Positions 8,101 through 17,526 of a stretch of 25,327 nucleotides of DNA are shown one piece after another. Under the pieces are notes generated by a model. That model worked only from the letters and a program-made list of their open reading frames with translations. It did not search any database and was not told the origin of the DNA. Source of the DNA: a virus. Its lineage: Duplodnaviria > Caudoviricetes. Position numbers and translations under genes: made by a program. Numbering within the stretch: position 1 is the first letter of the stretch; every line of letters starts with the position of its first letter. Location: IMG/VR virus record IMGVR_UViG_3300031963_000864, positions 1-25,327 of that record. The stretch is one strand, 5' to 3'.

Positions 8101-11100
8101 AGTAAACAAGCAGCAGATATATATAACAAGATGTCTGCAGATGCTAAAGTAACTTTGTCAAGAATGAGAAATGACCTTACAGCATTTAAAAAAGAATTTA
8201 TTATAGAAGCAGCCAAAGTTGGAGAGATGGTTGGTACATCAGCAGTTAACGCAACTGCCAAGGCAGCAGGAACTGCATCAGCATCAAGAAAAACAAGAAG
8301 AATTGGCGAAGATGTTGGTCGTGGTCTTGAAGAAGGAATGAAGAGCAGGCAAGACGACGTTGCTTTAGTTGGATCTCAATTAGGAAATGCTGCAATAGGT
8401 GGAGTTAAAGGCGCAGTCCCACCAGTTACATTTCAATCAGCAGGACAACCAGGATTCGTAGCAGCAAATGCACCAAAACCAGGTGTTCCAATGTCTGTTT
8501 TAAATGCAGCGTATGAAGAAGATGCTATGAGAGATTTAATGAAAAAACAACAACAAAAAATAGCAATTACTAATCAAAGAATGAATTCATTAAATAAAGC
8601 ATTTATGAGTGGCACATTTGCACTATCTGCTTTATCTGGTGTTGCTTCAATGGCTGGCGGAAACCTAGGAAAATTCTCTCAAATAATATTTACTTTAACT
8701 GGTCCATTATTTGCTTTATCGTCAATACTTCAATTGCTAACTGGATCAAAAATATTACAAATTATTTCAAATTTTGGTAAACTTAAATTTGGACTTATTT
8801 CTGTTGGCATAACCGCACTAGTTACTGGATTTTCAATGTATAGAAAATCACAAGAAGAAACAAGAAGAAAACTTTTATCATTTAAAGATGCATTAACAAT
8901 AACCGAAAAACAAGCAAAAGCCACTGCTGATTATTTTGGAGTTGTTCGTAAAAAGGGTGCTTTAGAAACTGGCTCTAGAGCAACTGCAGCAACAGCAAAG
9001 ACTCCAAATTTTAGAGATAAGGTTAATCAGTTTATAGATTCTGACGAGTTTAAGAATAATTATGAAAGTAGTATAAAAAGTTTAAGTGAACAAACAGACA
9101 ATGCAGCAAGAACAGCATTATTTATTAGAGCACAAGAATTATTGGCTACAGGTTATTCTGAAGAACAAATAAATATTATTATTTCAGCACTTCAGCAACA
9201 AGCAGGAAAGCAAAATTTAAATTTATTATTTAAAGATATCAAAATTGACGCTTTGAATAAAAATATTATGGATGGCCTAAAAGAACAATTGGCTGATTTA
9301 GGAAAATTTGCTGAAAGTAAAAGGTTTAGAAAAATAATTACAGAAGTGTTTAATCCCGACACTCAAAAATTTGATCAAATTATATCAGTTGTTCCATTAA
9401 AAGGTTTTCAGACAGCAGTTGACAATGTTGCAGCAGGAATTAATTCATTTTTAAAGAGTGTTACATTATTAAGAGAAAATGGAAAAATAAGTGTACAAGA
9501 CGTAGAAAAATCATATAACTCATTAATGTATACAATTAATACCAGCACACCAGATTCACGAGTTAAAATTGCTTTATTAAATAGCGCATTAAAAGACTTA
9601 AAAGATCCTGTTGCAATTGCAGCAATGCAAACTGAAAATTTAGCCAAAAAGACAAAATTATTAGAGGCTGCAATGTTTGGTGCAATAATTCCTGTAGAGT
9701 TACTTAATGAATATTTAAGAACAGATAGTGGAAACCCCAACCTATATGCTTCAGGACAAACAGAAGCAAGAATAAATGCTTTAATTGAGGCTGCTAAAAA
9801 ATCAACAAAGGCAGTTTATGACGCAGTAAAGGCTAGCGAAGCAGCAGCCGCTGCTGATGGAAAAACAAATCCATTAAAAGAAAGAATTAAAGCAATTCAA
9901 AATCAAACTAAGGCATATATTATATTACGTAATGCAAAAGTTGATGAGGCAACTGCAACAGAATTAGCAAATGATGCAGAAATAGCATCTCTTGTTATTG
10001 CAAATAGTAAAGGTAAATCGTTAACACAAATTATTGCATTAATTAACGAATATAAAGCAGCAATCAAGGGACAAACTGATGCTGAATTAAAATATATGGA
10101 AAAGCCAAATTTGTTTAAAAAGCAATTGGAGCAGTATCAAGCACAGGCAGAACTTAGAGAAAAATTAATTGATGTTCAGTTTGCATCAAGAATAAAGGCA
10201 GAAAATGATGCTTTAAAGGTTCAAGAACAAAATTTGCAAAACGTAAATAATGAAATTCAAAAAATTACAGATTCTCAAATTAAACCAATTCAGGCTGTTA
10301 TTGATGCAAATAACTTTGCTCTTGAATCAATATCTTTACAAGAAGATGCAATTAATGAAAAATATAATACACAAATAGAATCTTTAGATAAAATTGCAAC
10401 CCTTAATCAAAATATTGCAAATATTCAAAAACAAAGACTTTCTATTGCTGATGCACTTACTCGTGGAGATATATCTGCTGCTGCACAACTTGCTCAAGAA
10501 GCAAGAGCAGAAAATGCAGCCTCTGCTGTAACTGGACAAAAAGAGGCTTTAACTATTACTCGTGATGCTCAAATAAAAGCACTTGGAAGAGTTGAAATTG
10601 AAAAGCAAAATAAAAAACTTCAATTAGAAATTAATACAATTGAAAGAGGATCATTACTAACCTTACAACAAAAGAAAGACACAATTGAAAGCACTATTGA
10701 TTCAATTAATAGAAACATTCAAGCATTAAATTCTCAAGTTGATGCATTAAAAAATGGCGCTTACTATGCTGGACAAACCAGAACAGAGATAGATAGTCTT
10801 GCTGGACTTATTGATGCAGCAGAAAAAGCAGGCATTCCATTTAGCAATCAACTTTTAAGTCAAGCAGGATCTGCTGCAGCACTTGCAAAATCACTTTCAG
10901 ATGCTGTTACCGCTCAAAAGTCTTTAGCCTCATTATCAGGTCTTGTGTCTGGAGCAGGACCTGGCACAGGAACTGGCACAGGAACTGGCACAGTCACTGG
11001 TACAGGTGCGGGATCAACCGTCACTGTAAAGTCTGGTAATACATTAAGTGGAATTGCAAAGGCAGCAGGAGTTAGCCTTTCAGATGTAATTAAAGCCAAT

Positions 11101-11550
11101 CCACAAATTACTAATCCTAATTTAATTAAACCAGGACAAATAATTAAAATACCAGGAAAAATGTATGGTGGCAAAATTAAGTCAATGAACATGGGTGGAA
11201 TGGTTCCTAAATACCTTGCTCGTGGTGGTGGTATAGGTTCTGATACCGTGCCAGCAATGCTTACTCCTGGAGAGTTTGTAATGAATAGAAGAGCAACTGA
11301 GCAATTTGGTCCATTGCTATCAATGTTAAACGAGTCAAAATATCCATCAATGATTGGTAACAGGGTTGGTGCACAAGTTCCAGTTAATAATGTTTCAACA
11401 TCTATGAGCGATAACTCAACGGCAGTGTATAATTATAACTTAGGCTTTAATATTAGTGGAACTAACTCAAATCCAAATGATATTGCTAGAGCAGTAATGA
11501 GAGAAATTAAAAATGTTGACTCACAAAGAATTAGGGGGCAAAGAGTATAA
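5200..11550 (+). CDS. Tape measure protein with C-terminal LysM domain
   Basis: 2116 aa, Ala/Gln/Lys-rich and helical. It has a TP901-like core (..GGINASEGANALKSGL..AIEQMFGK), hydrophobic stretches, two D.VPAML[ST]PGE motifs and a LysM at about aa 1940-1985. SD GAGGTG at 5185-5190. Confidence 0.93.
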   Translation: MADVNANIDINIDSSNALAQLKALQRQISQFHTSIAKSSEAAALAQRGLQKNLLNSINAIGSFTAEMRTVKTSAESFTDSLEKNKFSMREYFRYAGASTKTFGRLFRSEFDTIGKVAEERVKRLQTQYIKMGRDTNGAMKAMAVMPTQLNMDDYTTRVQIAAQKQALFNQLMKQGSTNLLNFGKNTQWAGRQLMVGFTLPLMAVGTAATKTFMDMEAQALRFRKVYGDLFTPQAETQAALDNITELGKQFTKYGVAVSTTVGLAAEAAAAGFQGLDLQRQTTEATRLSILGQVDSQKALETTISLQNAFGMSSDRLADSINFLNAVENQTVVSLDDITTAIPKVAPVIQQLGGDVKDLTFFMAAMKEGGINASEGANALKSGLAALINPTEKASDMLARFGINATAIVEKNKGNLKATVVEFANALNALDPLSRARAIEQMFGKFQFARLSTLFANVARDGNQAARVLDLANASVEELSALSEQELGMTADSAMNKFRKTVEDLKVSLIPVGKAFLEAVTPIVEFVGNILEKFSNLSDGTKRLITLLTVGIGAVGPVLLMTFGLLANGIANIIKLFLTLRGGYQRLTGQTQILGEQTQYMTSEQLDAAAAAHSLNQTHATLTQTFTAETAQITKLIAAYNSAAGAARNFAMNNPGMMMPGRGARKLASGIVSVPGPKGAGDIVPAMLSPGESVIPADMTKKYAPLIQGMIADNIPGYQKGRSLGTAVDVPGGMDVSHFGTKSSRTGAELFSMVEGLETSAARNIRKMVASFENGLTRVFTTFDNQVVAQFTEINRLMQTQGKASTQKVKQNLVGAGFAETRDIELQRQLVQSGTSIDEFKLINKQITDEIIIGFDALGDKTEITSEELNNLLRKAYEEVAKTDARVEKAYNNMKQVSSVFSPDRAGVRGSRIPITEESYIKQKKSTQRTPSQYRKMQGQMVGAENIPYAQSSRFVVTNSIAKELDLSSKQAADIYNKMSADAKVTLSRMRNDLTAFKKEFIIEAAKVGEMVGTSAVNATAKAAGTASASRKTRRIGEDVGRGLEEGMKSRQDDVALVGSQLGNAAIGGVKGAVPPVTFQSAGQPGFVAANAPKPGVPMSVLNAAYEEDAMRDLMKKQQQKIAITNQRMNSLNKAFMSGTFALSALSGVASMAGGNLGKFSQIIFTLTGPLFALSSILQLLTGSKILQIISNFGKLKFGLISVGITALVTGFSMYRKSQEETRRKLLSFKDALTITEKQAKATADYFGVVRKKGALETGSRATAATAKTPNFRDKVNQFIDSDEFKNNYESSIKSLSEQTDNAARTALFIRAQELLATGYSEEQINIIISALQQQAGKQNLNLLFKDIKIDALNKNIMDGLKEQLADLGKFAESKRFRKIITEVFNPDTQKFDQIISVVPLKGFQTAVDNVAAGINSFLKSVTLLRENGKISVQDVEKSYNSLMYTINTSTPDSRVKIALLNSALKDLKDPVAIAAMQTENLAKKTKLLEAAMFGAIIPVELLNEYLRTDSGNPNLYASGQTEARINALIEAAKKSTKAVYDAVKASEAAAAADGKTNPLKERIKAIQNQTKAYIILRNAKVDEATATELANDAEIASLVIANSKGKSLTQIIALINEYKAAIKGQTDAELKYMEKPNLFKKQLEQYQAQAELREKLIDVQFASRIKAENDALKVQEQNLQNVNNEIQKITDSQIKPIQAVIDANNFALESISLQEDAINEKYNTQIESLDKIATLNQNIANIQKQRLSIADALTRGDISAAAQLAQEARAENAASAVTGQKEALTITRDAQIKALGRVEIEKQNKKLQLEINTIERGSLLTLQQKKDTIESTIDSINRNIQALNSQVDALKNGAYYAGQTRTEIDSLAGLIDAAEKAGIPFSNQLLSQAGSAAALAKSLSDAVTAQKSLASLSGLVSGAGPGTGTGTGTGTVTGTGAGSTVTVKSGNTLSGIAKAAGVSLSDVIKANPQITNPNLIKPGQIIKIPGKMYGGKIKSMNMGGMVPKYLARGGGIGSDTVPAMLTPGEFVMNRRATEQFGPLLSMLNESKYPSMIGNRVGAQVPVNNVSTSMSDNSTAVYNYNLGFNISGTNSNPNDIARAVMREIKNVDSQRIRGQRV
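10961..11008 (+). repeat. 12-bp tandem repeat encoding a Gly-Thr linker
   Basis: CTGGCACAGGAA twice exactly, then two degenerate copies (CTGGCACAGTCA, CTGGTACAGGTG); encodes PGTGTGTGTGTVTGTGA. Confidence 0.85.
11017..11154 (+). other. LysM peptidoglycan-binding domain within the tape measure protein
   Basis: TVTVKSGNTLSGIAKAAGVSLSDVIKANPQITNPNLIKPGQIIKIP matches the LysM consensus (yTVk.GDTL..IA...gvs...l...N....p..I.pGq.l.iP). Confidence 0.92.
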
Positions 11551-12185
11551 TGGCTACTAGTGCCTATTTAGCGGGTAGACGTAGATATACAAGACCCCAG
11601 GGTATATTATGGGCAAACAACCCTGGAACCCTCTCTAATGGCCTTTATGTGCCTAATGGCATAGAGGTAGGGGCAGACACACAAGAAACAAACCCAGACC
11701 TATTAGATCAGTTTATTATTTTATCTGACCATAATAGAGGGGATATGCAATTTAATACCCAAAGAATTGAACAAAGACAAAGAACGATTAATGGTCGTAT
11801 GCGTTCATATCATATTGCAGATAAACTAAACATGTCTGTATCTTGGAATATGCTACCTTCACGAGGATATTCAGGACTAGCCAATTTTGATGAAGCAACA
11901 GGTATAGCACCAAATGAAGGGTCTCAACTAGAATATACAGCAGATGGTGGTGCAGGTGGAGTAGAACTGCTTGACTGGTATGAAACACATCAGGGGCCTT
12001 TCTGGATGTATCTTGCTTATGATAAATATACAAACCTAGAAGGACAAGGTTATGAGTATACTGGTTTAAATAGATACAATCAAATAATTCAAGTTTATTT
12101 TGCAGATTTTAACTATTCCGTCGTAAAGCGTGGAGCAACAAATCATGATCTTTGGAACATATCGGTAACACTGGAAGAAGTTTAA
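11550..12185 (+). CDS. Putative distal tail (Dit-like) protein
   Basis: 211 aa directly after the tape measure gene (TAATG). RTINGRMRSYHIADK..SVSW and the terminal WNISVTLEEV resemble Dit/gpM-like proteins. Confidence 0.65.
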   Translation: MATSAYLAGRRRYTRPQGILWANNPGTLSNGLYVPNGIEVGADTQETNPDLLDQFIILSDHNRGDMQFNTQRIEQRQRTINGRMRSYHIADKLNMSVSWNMLPSRGYSGLANFDEATGIAPNEGSQLEYTADGGAGGVELLDWYETHQGPFWMYLAYDKYTNLEGQGYEYTGLNRYNQIIQVYFADFNYSVVKRGATNHDLWNISVTLEEV

Positions 12186-15100
12186 ATGTTTGAAAGTACC
12201 GAATTAAAAGATCACTTTGAAACATCTGCAACAATACAAACAGAGTCACTAGTTCTGGCTGAGTGGAATATGAATATGCCAGATAACATATCCAAACTTG
12301 GTAACTATAGGTATAGGCCTCAAGAACAAAATTCTCAATTTTTAACGCTAATAAATACTTTTGATCCAGCAGATATTGGTTTGTTCTATACAGGTGCAAC
12401 AGATGCTGATGTTGTTATTGATGGAGGGTTTGAAAATAATGGAACACCACAACTTTTTACTTCAACAAAAGAAAAAGTTAAATTATTATATTCTTTAGAA
12501 GATTGTATAAAACCATTTAGACCAAGATCTGGTATTAATAAGGCAGCATTTTTTAACGGTAGATATTTAGCAAATTCTGGCAAGGATATTGCAAGAAGGC
12601 CAAGATATTATATGCCATCTAGATATGATCAATTTAAATATTGGACTTCTTTTAGAACTGAAAACGGTATTGAAAGAGGTATTGCTAAAACAATAGTTAA
12701 TGGAAACTATTATATAGATGATGCTGTGCCATTTGTTGTGTATAAAAAAAATGTCCCAACAAATAGAATTATTGTAAAAATGCAAACAAATGTTGGTGAT
12801 ATAGACCTTGGAGATTTTACAGATATCTCTAGAACGTTTCCAGATCCACTTTATGGCAATGCAAATAAAACAACTCCAACAAGATGGAGAGTTCAATATC
12901 TTGAAGAAAATAACTGGACTGATGCATATATTTTTAATGAAAACGATTTAAGAGAAGATGGCTCTGCAATTATTTCTAATGATGGATACGTTGAATTACA
13001 GTATGCGTTAAAAAATATTCCAGACAATTTTAAAGATACTTTTGTTATAGCAGAAACAATCTCTTCCTCAACACTTTTACCAACAGAATCAATTAATGGA
13101 TATGCATATTTAGTTATTGAAAATGAGGGTAGTGTTGGAACATTTCATGTTTGGAATTCAACCACAGAGGAATATGAAACATTTGTACCCGCCTATGGTT
13201 GGATTTTAGGAAGTGAAAAAATTGACAATAAAACAAGTTTTGTAACAGATTTAACATCTCCGTTATCTTTTATAGAAACAACAAATGGAAAGACAATATA
13301 TAGGGAATTTCAAGATATTCGTGGATTAAGGATTGTTGTAGAAAGAATGAATAAGTTTGATTCTACTTTTGATTTAATTGAAATGTCTCCAAGGCTTGTT
13401 GTTAATATATCTGACAAAGTTATAGAATATAGTATTAAAAAAATACTTTCAGACTTAGGAAACTCTGCTTTACCAGTGGGACAATTGCTGGCTTCAACTG
13501 GAAATTTGTCCATATTTGACGATGACCAAGCATTTAATGACAATAATACTAATAGCATTATTAGTGATTATATTCGTAAAAATATAAAATTTAATTTTTA
13601 TGAAAAAATATTAAATGTAAGCGGATATGATTATTGGGTACCAATTAAAACTTTATATTCAGACGGATTCCCGCAAGCAAATGTAACTGCTGGAACATTA
13701 GATTTATCCCTAAGAGATTTTTATTTCTTTTTAGAATCTATGCCAGCACCAAGAATGTTAGTAACAGAAGTATCACTTAGTTATGCTATTACATTAATTC
13801 TTGACTATATTGGATTTAGCAACTACGCTTTTTATAGAACAACAAATGAGCCAGAACCAATAATTCCATATTTTTTTATTGCACCAGATCAAACCGTAGC
13901 AGAAGTTTTAAATCAACTGGCAGTATCAACACAAACTGCAATGTTTTTTGATGAATATAATAACTTTATAGTAATGAGTAAAGATTATATGTTGCCAACA
14001 ATAGATGATAGAAGCACCAATATTATTTTATCTGGTTCAAATAATCAGTCTGCTAGTGGAATAATTGAAAATCAAACCTCTGGAACACTGCCAAACATTT
14101 TATCAATAGCATCTGAAGATAAAAAAGTTTATAATAATGGAAAAATTAATTATACAACTAGATATATTCAAAGATCATATGGCAACGTTCGTCAGGCAAG
14201 TATGATTGATAAAGAAAAAACTTGGATATATAAACCAGCCTTACTTTGGGAAGTTTCTGGAACAGACTCAACAAAAACAATTAATGAGGTTGCATCTAAA
14301 CAATCAAAATATGTTCTTGGAGCAATGCCAATAAATTCAGACTTATCCAATAGTGTTCCAACAGTGGTTAATCATCAAATTCAAAATAACGTAATAGATC
14401 TTGGAGAAAATGTTTATTGGCTTACCAGATATCAAGGTTATTTTTATTCTAACGGAGAAATTATTAGATATGATGCTGCTCAATTTAATGTTACCCTTGC
14501 AATTTGGTATCCTATTCAATCAGATGGCTCATTGCTAGATTCCTCTCCACAAATTGTCTTGCCTGGAAGACTAGCGCCAACTAGTATTATTGACAATTTA
14601 GATAAAAAAGTTGCAAATGGCGAAATTACAGAAGCACAAAAAGGTGAAGCAATCCAGGGTTGGAGAACATCACATAGACAGGGTAGTAGTAATGTTTGGA
14701 TTACAAATAATCAAGAGTATCAAAACTATTTTAAGTCATTACCATTTAATGGAAAAATATATCCTACAGGATTAGTTAGAATTTATACCGTTCCATTTTA
14801 TGAAACAATTGATGGAATTACTCGTTTACAAAATGGTTCAGTTTACGAACATGGGCGTGCACAATTTGGAACACAGGTTACGACACATTCTGCAGGTATA
14901 AATTCATATTGGTCCAACAATGATTATGTCAAAGGATGTGAGATGAAAACAGAGTATTTGTTTACAACCACACTACTTGAAGACATATCCCTTCCATCAA
15001 CATCAACTGGAGCAGCAGGCGTTAACAACACTAAAGCAAGACAGACATCAAGAAATGGAACTATAAAAAACTTCATGTCCTCAAGTTATTCAACTGAAAC

Positions 15101-16691
15101 ACCAGTTAATAATACAACGTCAACACAATCTGGAACAATCCAGTCATCTGCTTTGGTTATGAATGGTCCATCATTTACAACAACAGAAAAACCAATTGAC
15201 TTAGTTTCATATGTTTATAAAGAATTAAATAATGCATATAAACATTTTGGAACTAGAATAAGAATTATTGGTAAAATTGAAAACAACGAAAGTCGTAGTC
15301 AGACTCCAACAGGAAGCGTAACATACTACCAGGTCGCTGGAGTTAAACCAGATCAAAATGTAAACATTGGTGGTGGTTCTGGAGGTTTAGCAGTATTGCT
15401 TAATCCAGAAACAAATAATGGATATTATTTTGAAATTGCTGCCTTAACAGAACAAAATATAGAATCATATTTAAAATTAGATAAAAATAACAAATCTAGT
15501 ATTTCAATTAATAACGTAGTATTTTATAAAATCAAAAAAAATTCTTCAAATACAGAAGCCATTCCAGTAAAACTTTGGGGAGGGCTATCAAAAATTACAG
15601 TTGACGACGGTAGATTTACTGGACAATATAGAATGTCTAGTGAAGAAAATCCAACAGTATATGATCTAGCAGTAGAATATCAAGATATAGGAAAAATTAG
15701 AAGATTTTTCTTATATATAAATAATCAACTAATTCAGGTTGTAGACGATACAGATCCGCTACCAGTATATAACAATATGGCTCTATTTGTTCGTGGATCT
15801 TCTAGAGTTATGTTTGAAAATATTTACGCACTATCTGAAAACTATTCTCAAAATAGCGTGTTTACAGTTGGAGAAACACTTTCATCAGCATTTGGCGATA
15901 AAGAAATAAATGCTAGTGAGTCTTTTAGAAAATATGCAATGAGTGGCATTGTTCAGTCAACGTATTTATCAGGAATTAGTTCTCAACAACCACCTAAATA
16001 TAATATGTATTTTGAAGAATTTGGCTCAATTATGAGAGAGTGTTCTTATTTTGATATTAAATATGATCGTGCATATCCTGCTCTTTACGCTCAACTATCT
16101 CCAACTTTTAATAAAATAAAAGGATATATCACATCTGGATTTTATGCTGATTCATACGGCGCAGAGTTTTTAGTTTTTAATGCTACAGATACAGCAATTA
16201 ATCTTGACGAAACCAGTGGCAACTATTTAAGAATTCAGGGAATTACTTTTACACAGGACACAACTCACGAACTAACTGTTGATGAGTATTTTAAAAAACG
16301 TAGCAATTTTTCTAATCCACAACTAACTAGTTCTTCTCAAATTATTTCTCCGCTTGTTGAAAAAGAAAAATTTGATAATATAAAATTAAGTAGAATGATT
16401 TATGGAAATAATGAATTTACTCTAGACACTCCATATATTCAAACACAAGACGATGCTGAAAGTTTGATGGGCTGGATTATAGATAAGTTAATGGAACCTA
16501 AAAAATCAGTTGGTATAAAAATATTTGCAACTCCAACTATTCAACTTGGAGATATTGTAACAATTAATTATAAAGACTCTAATAATTTAGACTTAGTCAC
16601 AAAAAATACTTCTAGGTTTGTAGTATATAATATTGAATATGCAAGAAAAATAAATGGTCCAGATATGACTCTTTATTTGGCGGAGGTGTAA
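12186..16691 (+). CDS. Large tail tip / baseplate hub (Tal- or gpJ-like) protein
   Basis: 1501 aa following Dit. It has hub-like segments (TVAEVLNQLAVSTQTAMFFDEYNNFIV; PTIQLGDIVTI near the C-terminus) and a possible ConA-like beta-sandwich. Confidence 0.65.
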   Translation: MFESTELKDHFETSATIQTESLVLAEWNMNMPDNISKLGNYRYRPQEQNSQFLTLINTFDPADIGLFYTGATDADVVIDGGFENNGTPQLFTSTKEKVKLLYSLEDCIKPFRPRSGINKAAFFNGRYLANSGKDIARRPRYYMPSRYDQFKYWTSFRTENGIERGIAKTIVNGNYYIDDAVPFVVYKKNVPTNRIIVKMQTNVGDIDLGDFTDISRTFPDPLYGNANKTTPTRWRVQYLEENNWTDAYIFNENDLREDGSAIISNDGYVELQYALKNIPDNFKDTFVIAETISSSTLLPTESINGYAYLVIENEGSVGTFHVWNSTTEEYETFVPAYGWILGSEKIDNKTSFVTDLTSPLSFIETTNGKTIYREFQDIRGLRIVVERMNKFDSTFDLIEMSPRLVVNISDKVIEYSIKKILSDLGNSALPVGQLLASTGNLSIFDDDQAFNDNNTNSIISDYIRKNIKFNFYEKILNVSGYDYWVPIKTLYSDGFPQANVTAGTLDLSLRDFYFFLESMPAPRMLVTEVSLSYAITLILDYIGFSNYAFYRTTNEPEPIIPYFFIAPDQTVAEVLNQLAVSTQTAMFFDEYNNFIVMSKDYMLPTIDDRSTNIILSGSNNQSASGIIENQTSGTLPNILSIASEDKKVYNNGKINYTTRYIQRSYGNVRQASMIDKEKTWIYKPALLWEVSGTDSTKTINEVASKQSKYVLGAMPINSDLSNSVPTVVNHQIQNNVIDLGENVYWLTRYQGYFYSNGEIIRYDAAQFNVTLAIWYPIQSDGSLLDSSPQIVLPGRLAPTSIIDNLDKKVANGEITEAQKGEAIQGWRTSHRQGSSNVWITNNQEYQNYFKSLPFNGKIYPTGLVRIYTVPFYETIDGITRLQNGSVYEHGRAQFGTQVTTHSAGINSYWSNNDYVKGCEMKTEYLFTTTLLEDISLPSTSTGAAGVNNTKARQTSRNGTIKNFMSSSYSTETPVNNTTSTQSGTIQSSALVMNGPSFTTTEKPIDLVSYVYKELNNAYKHFGTRIRIIGKIENNESRSQTPTGSVTYYQVAGVKPDQNVNIGGGSGGLAVLLNPETNNGYYFEIAALTEQNIESYLKLDKNNKSSISINNVVFYKIKKNSSNTEAIPVKLWGGLSKITVDDGRFTGQYRMSSEENPTVYDLAVEYQDIGKIRRFFLYINNQLIQVVDDTDPLPVYNNMALFVRGSSRVMFENIYALSENYSQNSVFTVGETLSSAFGDKEINASESFRKYAMSGIVQSTYLSGISSQQPPKYNMYFEEFGSIMRECSYFDIKYDRAYPALYAQLSPTFNKIKGYITSGFYADSYGAEFLVFNATDTAINLDETSGNYLRIQGITFTQDTTHELTVDEYFKKRSNFSNPQLTSSSQIISPLVEKEKFDNIKLSRMIYGNNEFTLDTPYIQTQDDAESLMGWIIDKLMEPKKSVGIKIFATPTIQLGDIVTINYKDSNNLDLVTKNTSRFVVYNIEYARKINGPDMTLYLAEV

Positions 16692-16692
16692 A

Positions 16693-17526
16693 GTGGCAAG
16701 CGAAAATTCAGGTGGTGGTACATCCAAAATAATTAGGGCTAATACAAGAGAAGACAGAGTTATATCTACAACAAAAAAAGAACCCGAATTTACTGGTCCT
16801 TCAAAATATAGTCCATACGTTCCGCCTGTAGTTAAATCAGAACCACCTAAAAAATCTTCTGTTTCTTATAAAGCAATCGCAGATGCTTTTCAGCCAGCAG
16901 TTTCAAATGGATTATTTATTGGACCAATACCATTAGGAACTGTTCGTACAGAAACTGGATATAAAAAAGAACCAATTACAGAAGAGGTTATAATTACAGG
17001 TGCAGGACCAACTAGTTTTATAACAAGTAGCATAGTTGCAACACCATCAACGCCAACTTTGCCAGTAATAATTTCTACTCCACCACCACCAGTTAAAACT
17101 GCAACCTTAGATATTATTTTATTTGATGATGAAACAACGCCAATAGATACAATGGCAGATTTAATATTTGAAAATATTGGTGGACAAGAATTAATTAATA
17201 TTACAAGGTCTGATATTGTGAATGGTCAAAAAATATCATACCAACCTATTAAAAATTTATCATCAATACAGCAGCGATATAATCCTAATAATATTCTTAG
17301 TCTTCAACAAACCTCAGATAAATATTTTGCTGGATTTTCAATAAAACTAGAAGACAAAATTCCAAACCAAGGAAATGGTATAAATGGAGAAAATATCTAT
17401 ATTGAGGAAAGCACGGGAGACTTGATTATTGAGTTTATTAATATAAACAGTGATGAGCAGATTGAATTACAAATTACCACAGATGGTACAATATATGAAG
17501 CAGATCTTGGAGAAATAGCCTCATGA
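16693..17526 (+). CDS. Minor tail protein, hypothetical, with Pro/Thr/Ser-rich N-terminal half
   Basis: 277 aa with a GTG start preceded by SD GGAGGT; low-complexity N-terminal half and acidic globular-looking C-terminal half; lies in the tail-tip cluster. Confidence 0.55.
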   Translation: MASENSGGGTSKIIRANTREDRVISTTKKEPEFTGPSKYSPYVPPVVKSEPPKKSSVSYKAIADAFQPAVSNGLFIGPIPLGTVRTETGYKKEPITEEVIITGAGPTSFITSSIVATPSTPTLPVIISTPPPPVKTATLDIILFDDETTPIDTMADLIFENIGGQELINITRSDIVNGQKISYQPIKNLSSIQQRYNPNNILSLQQTSDKYFAGFSIKLEDKIPNQGNGINGENIYIEESTGDLIIEFININSDEQIELQITTDGTIYEADLGEIAS

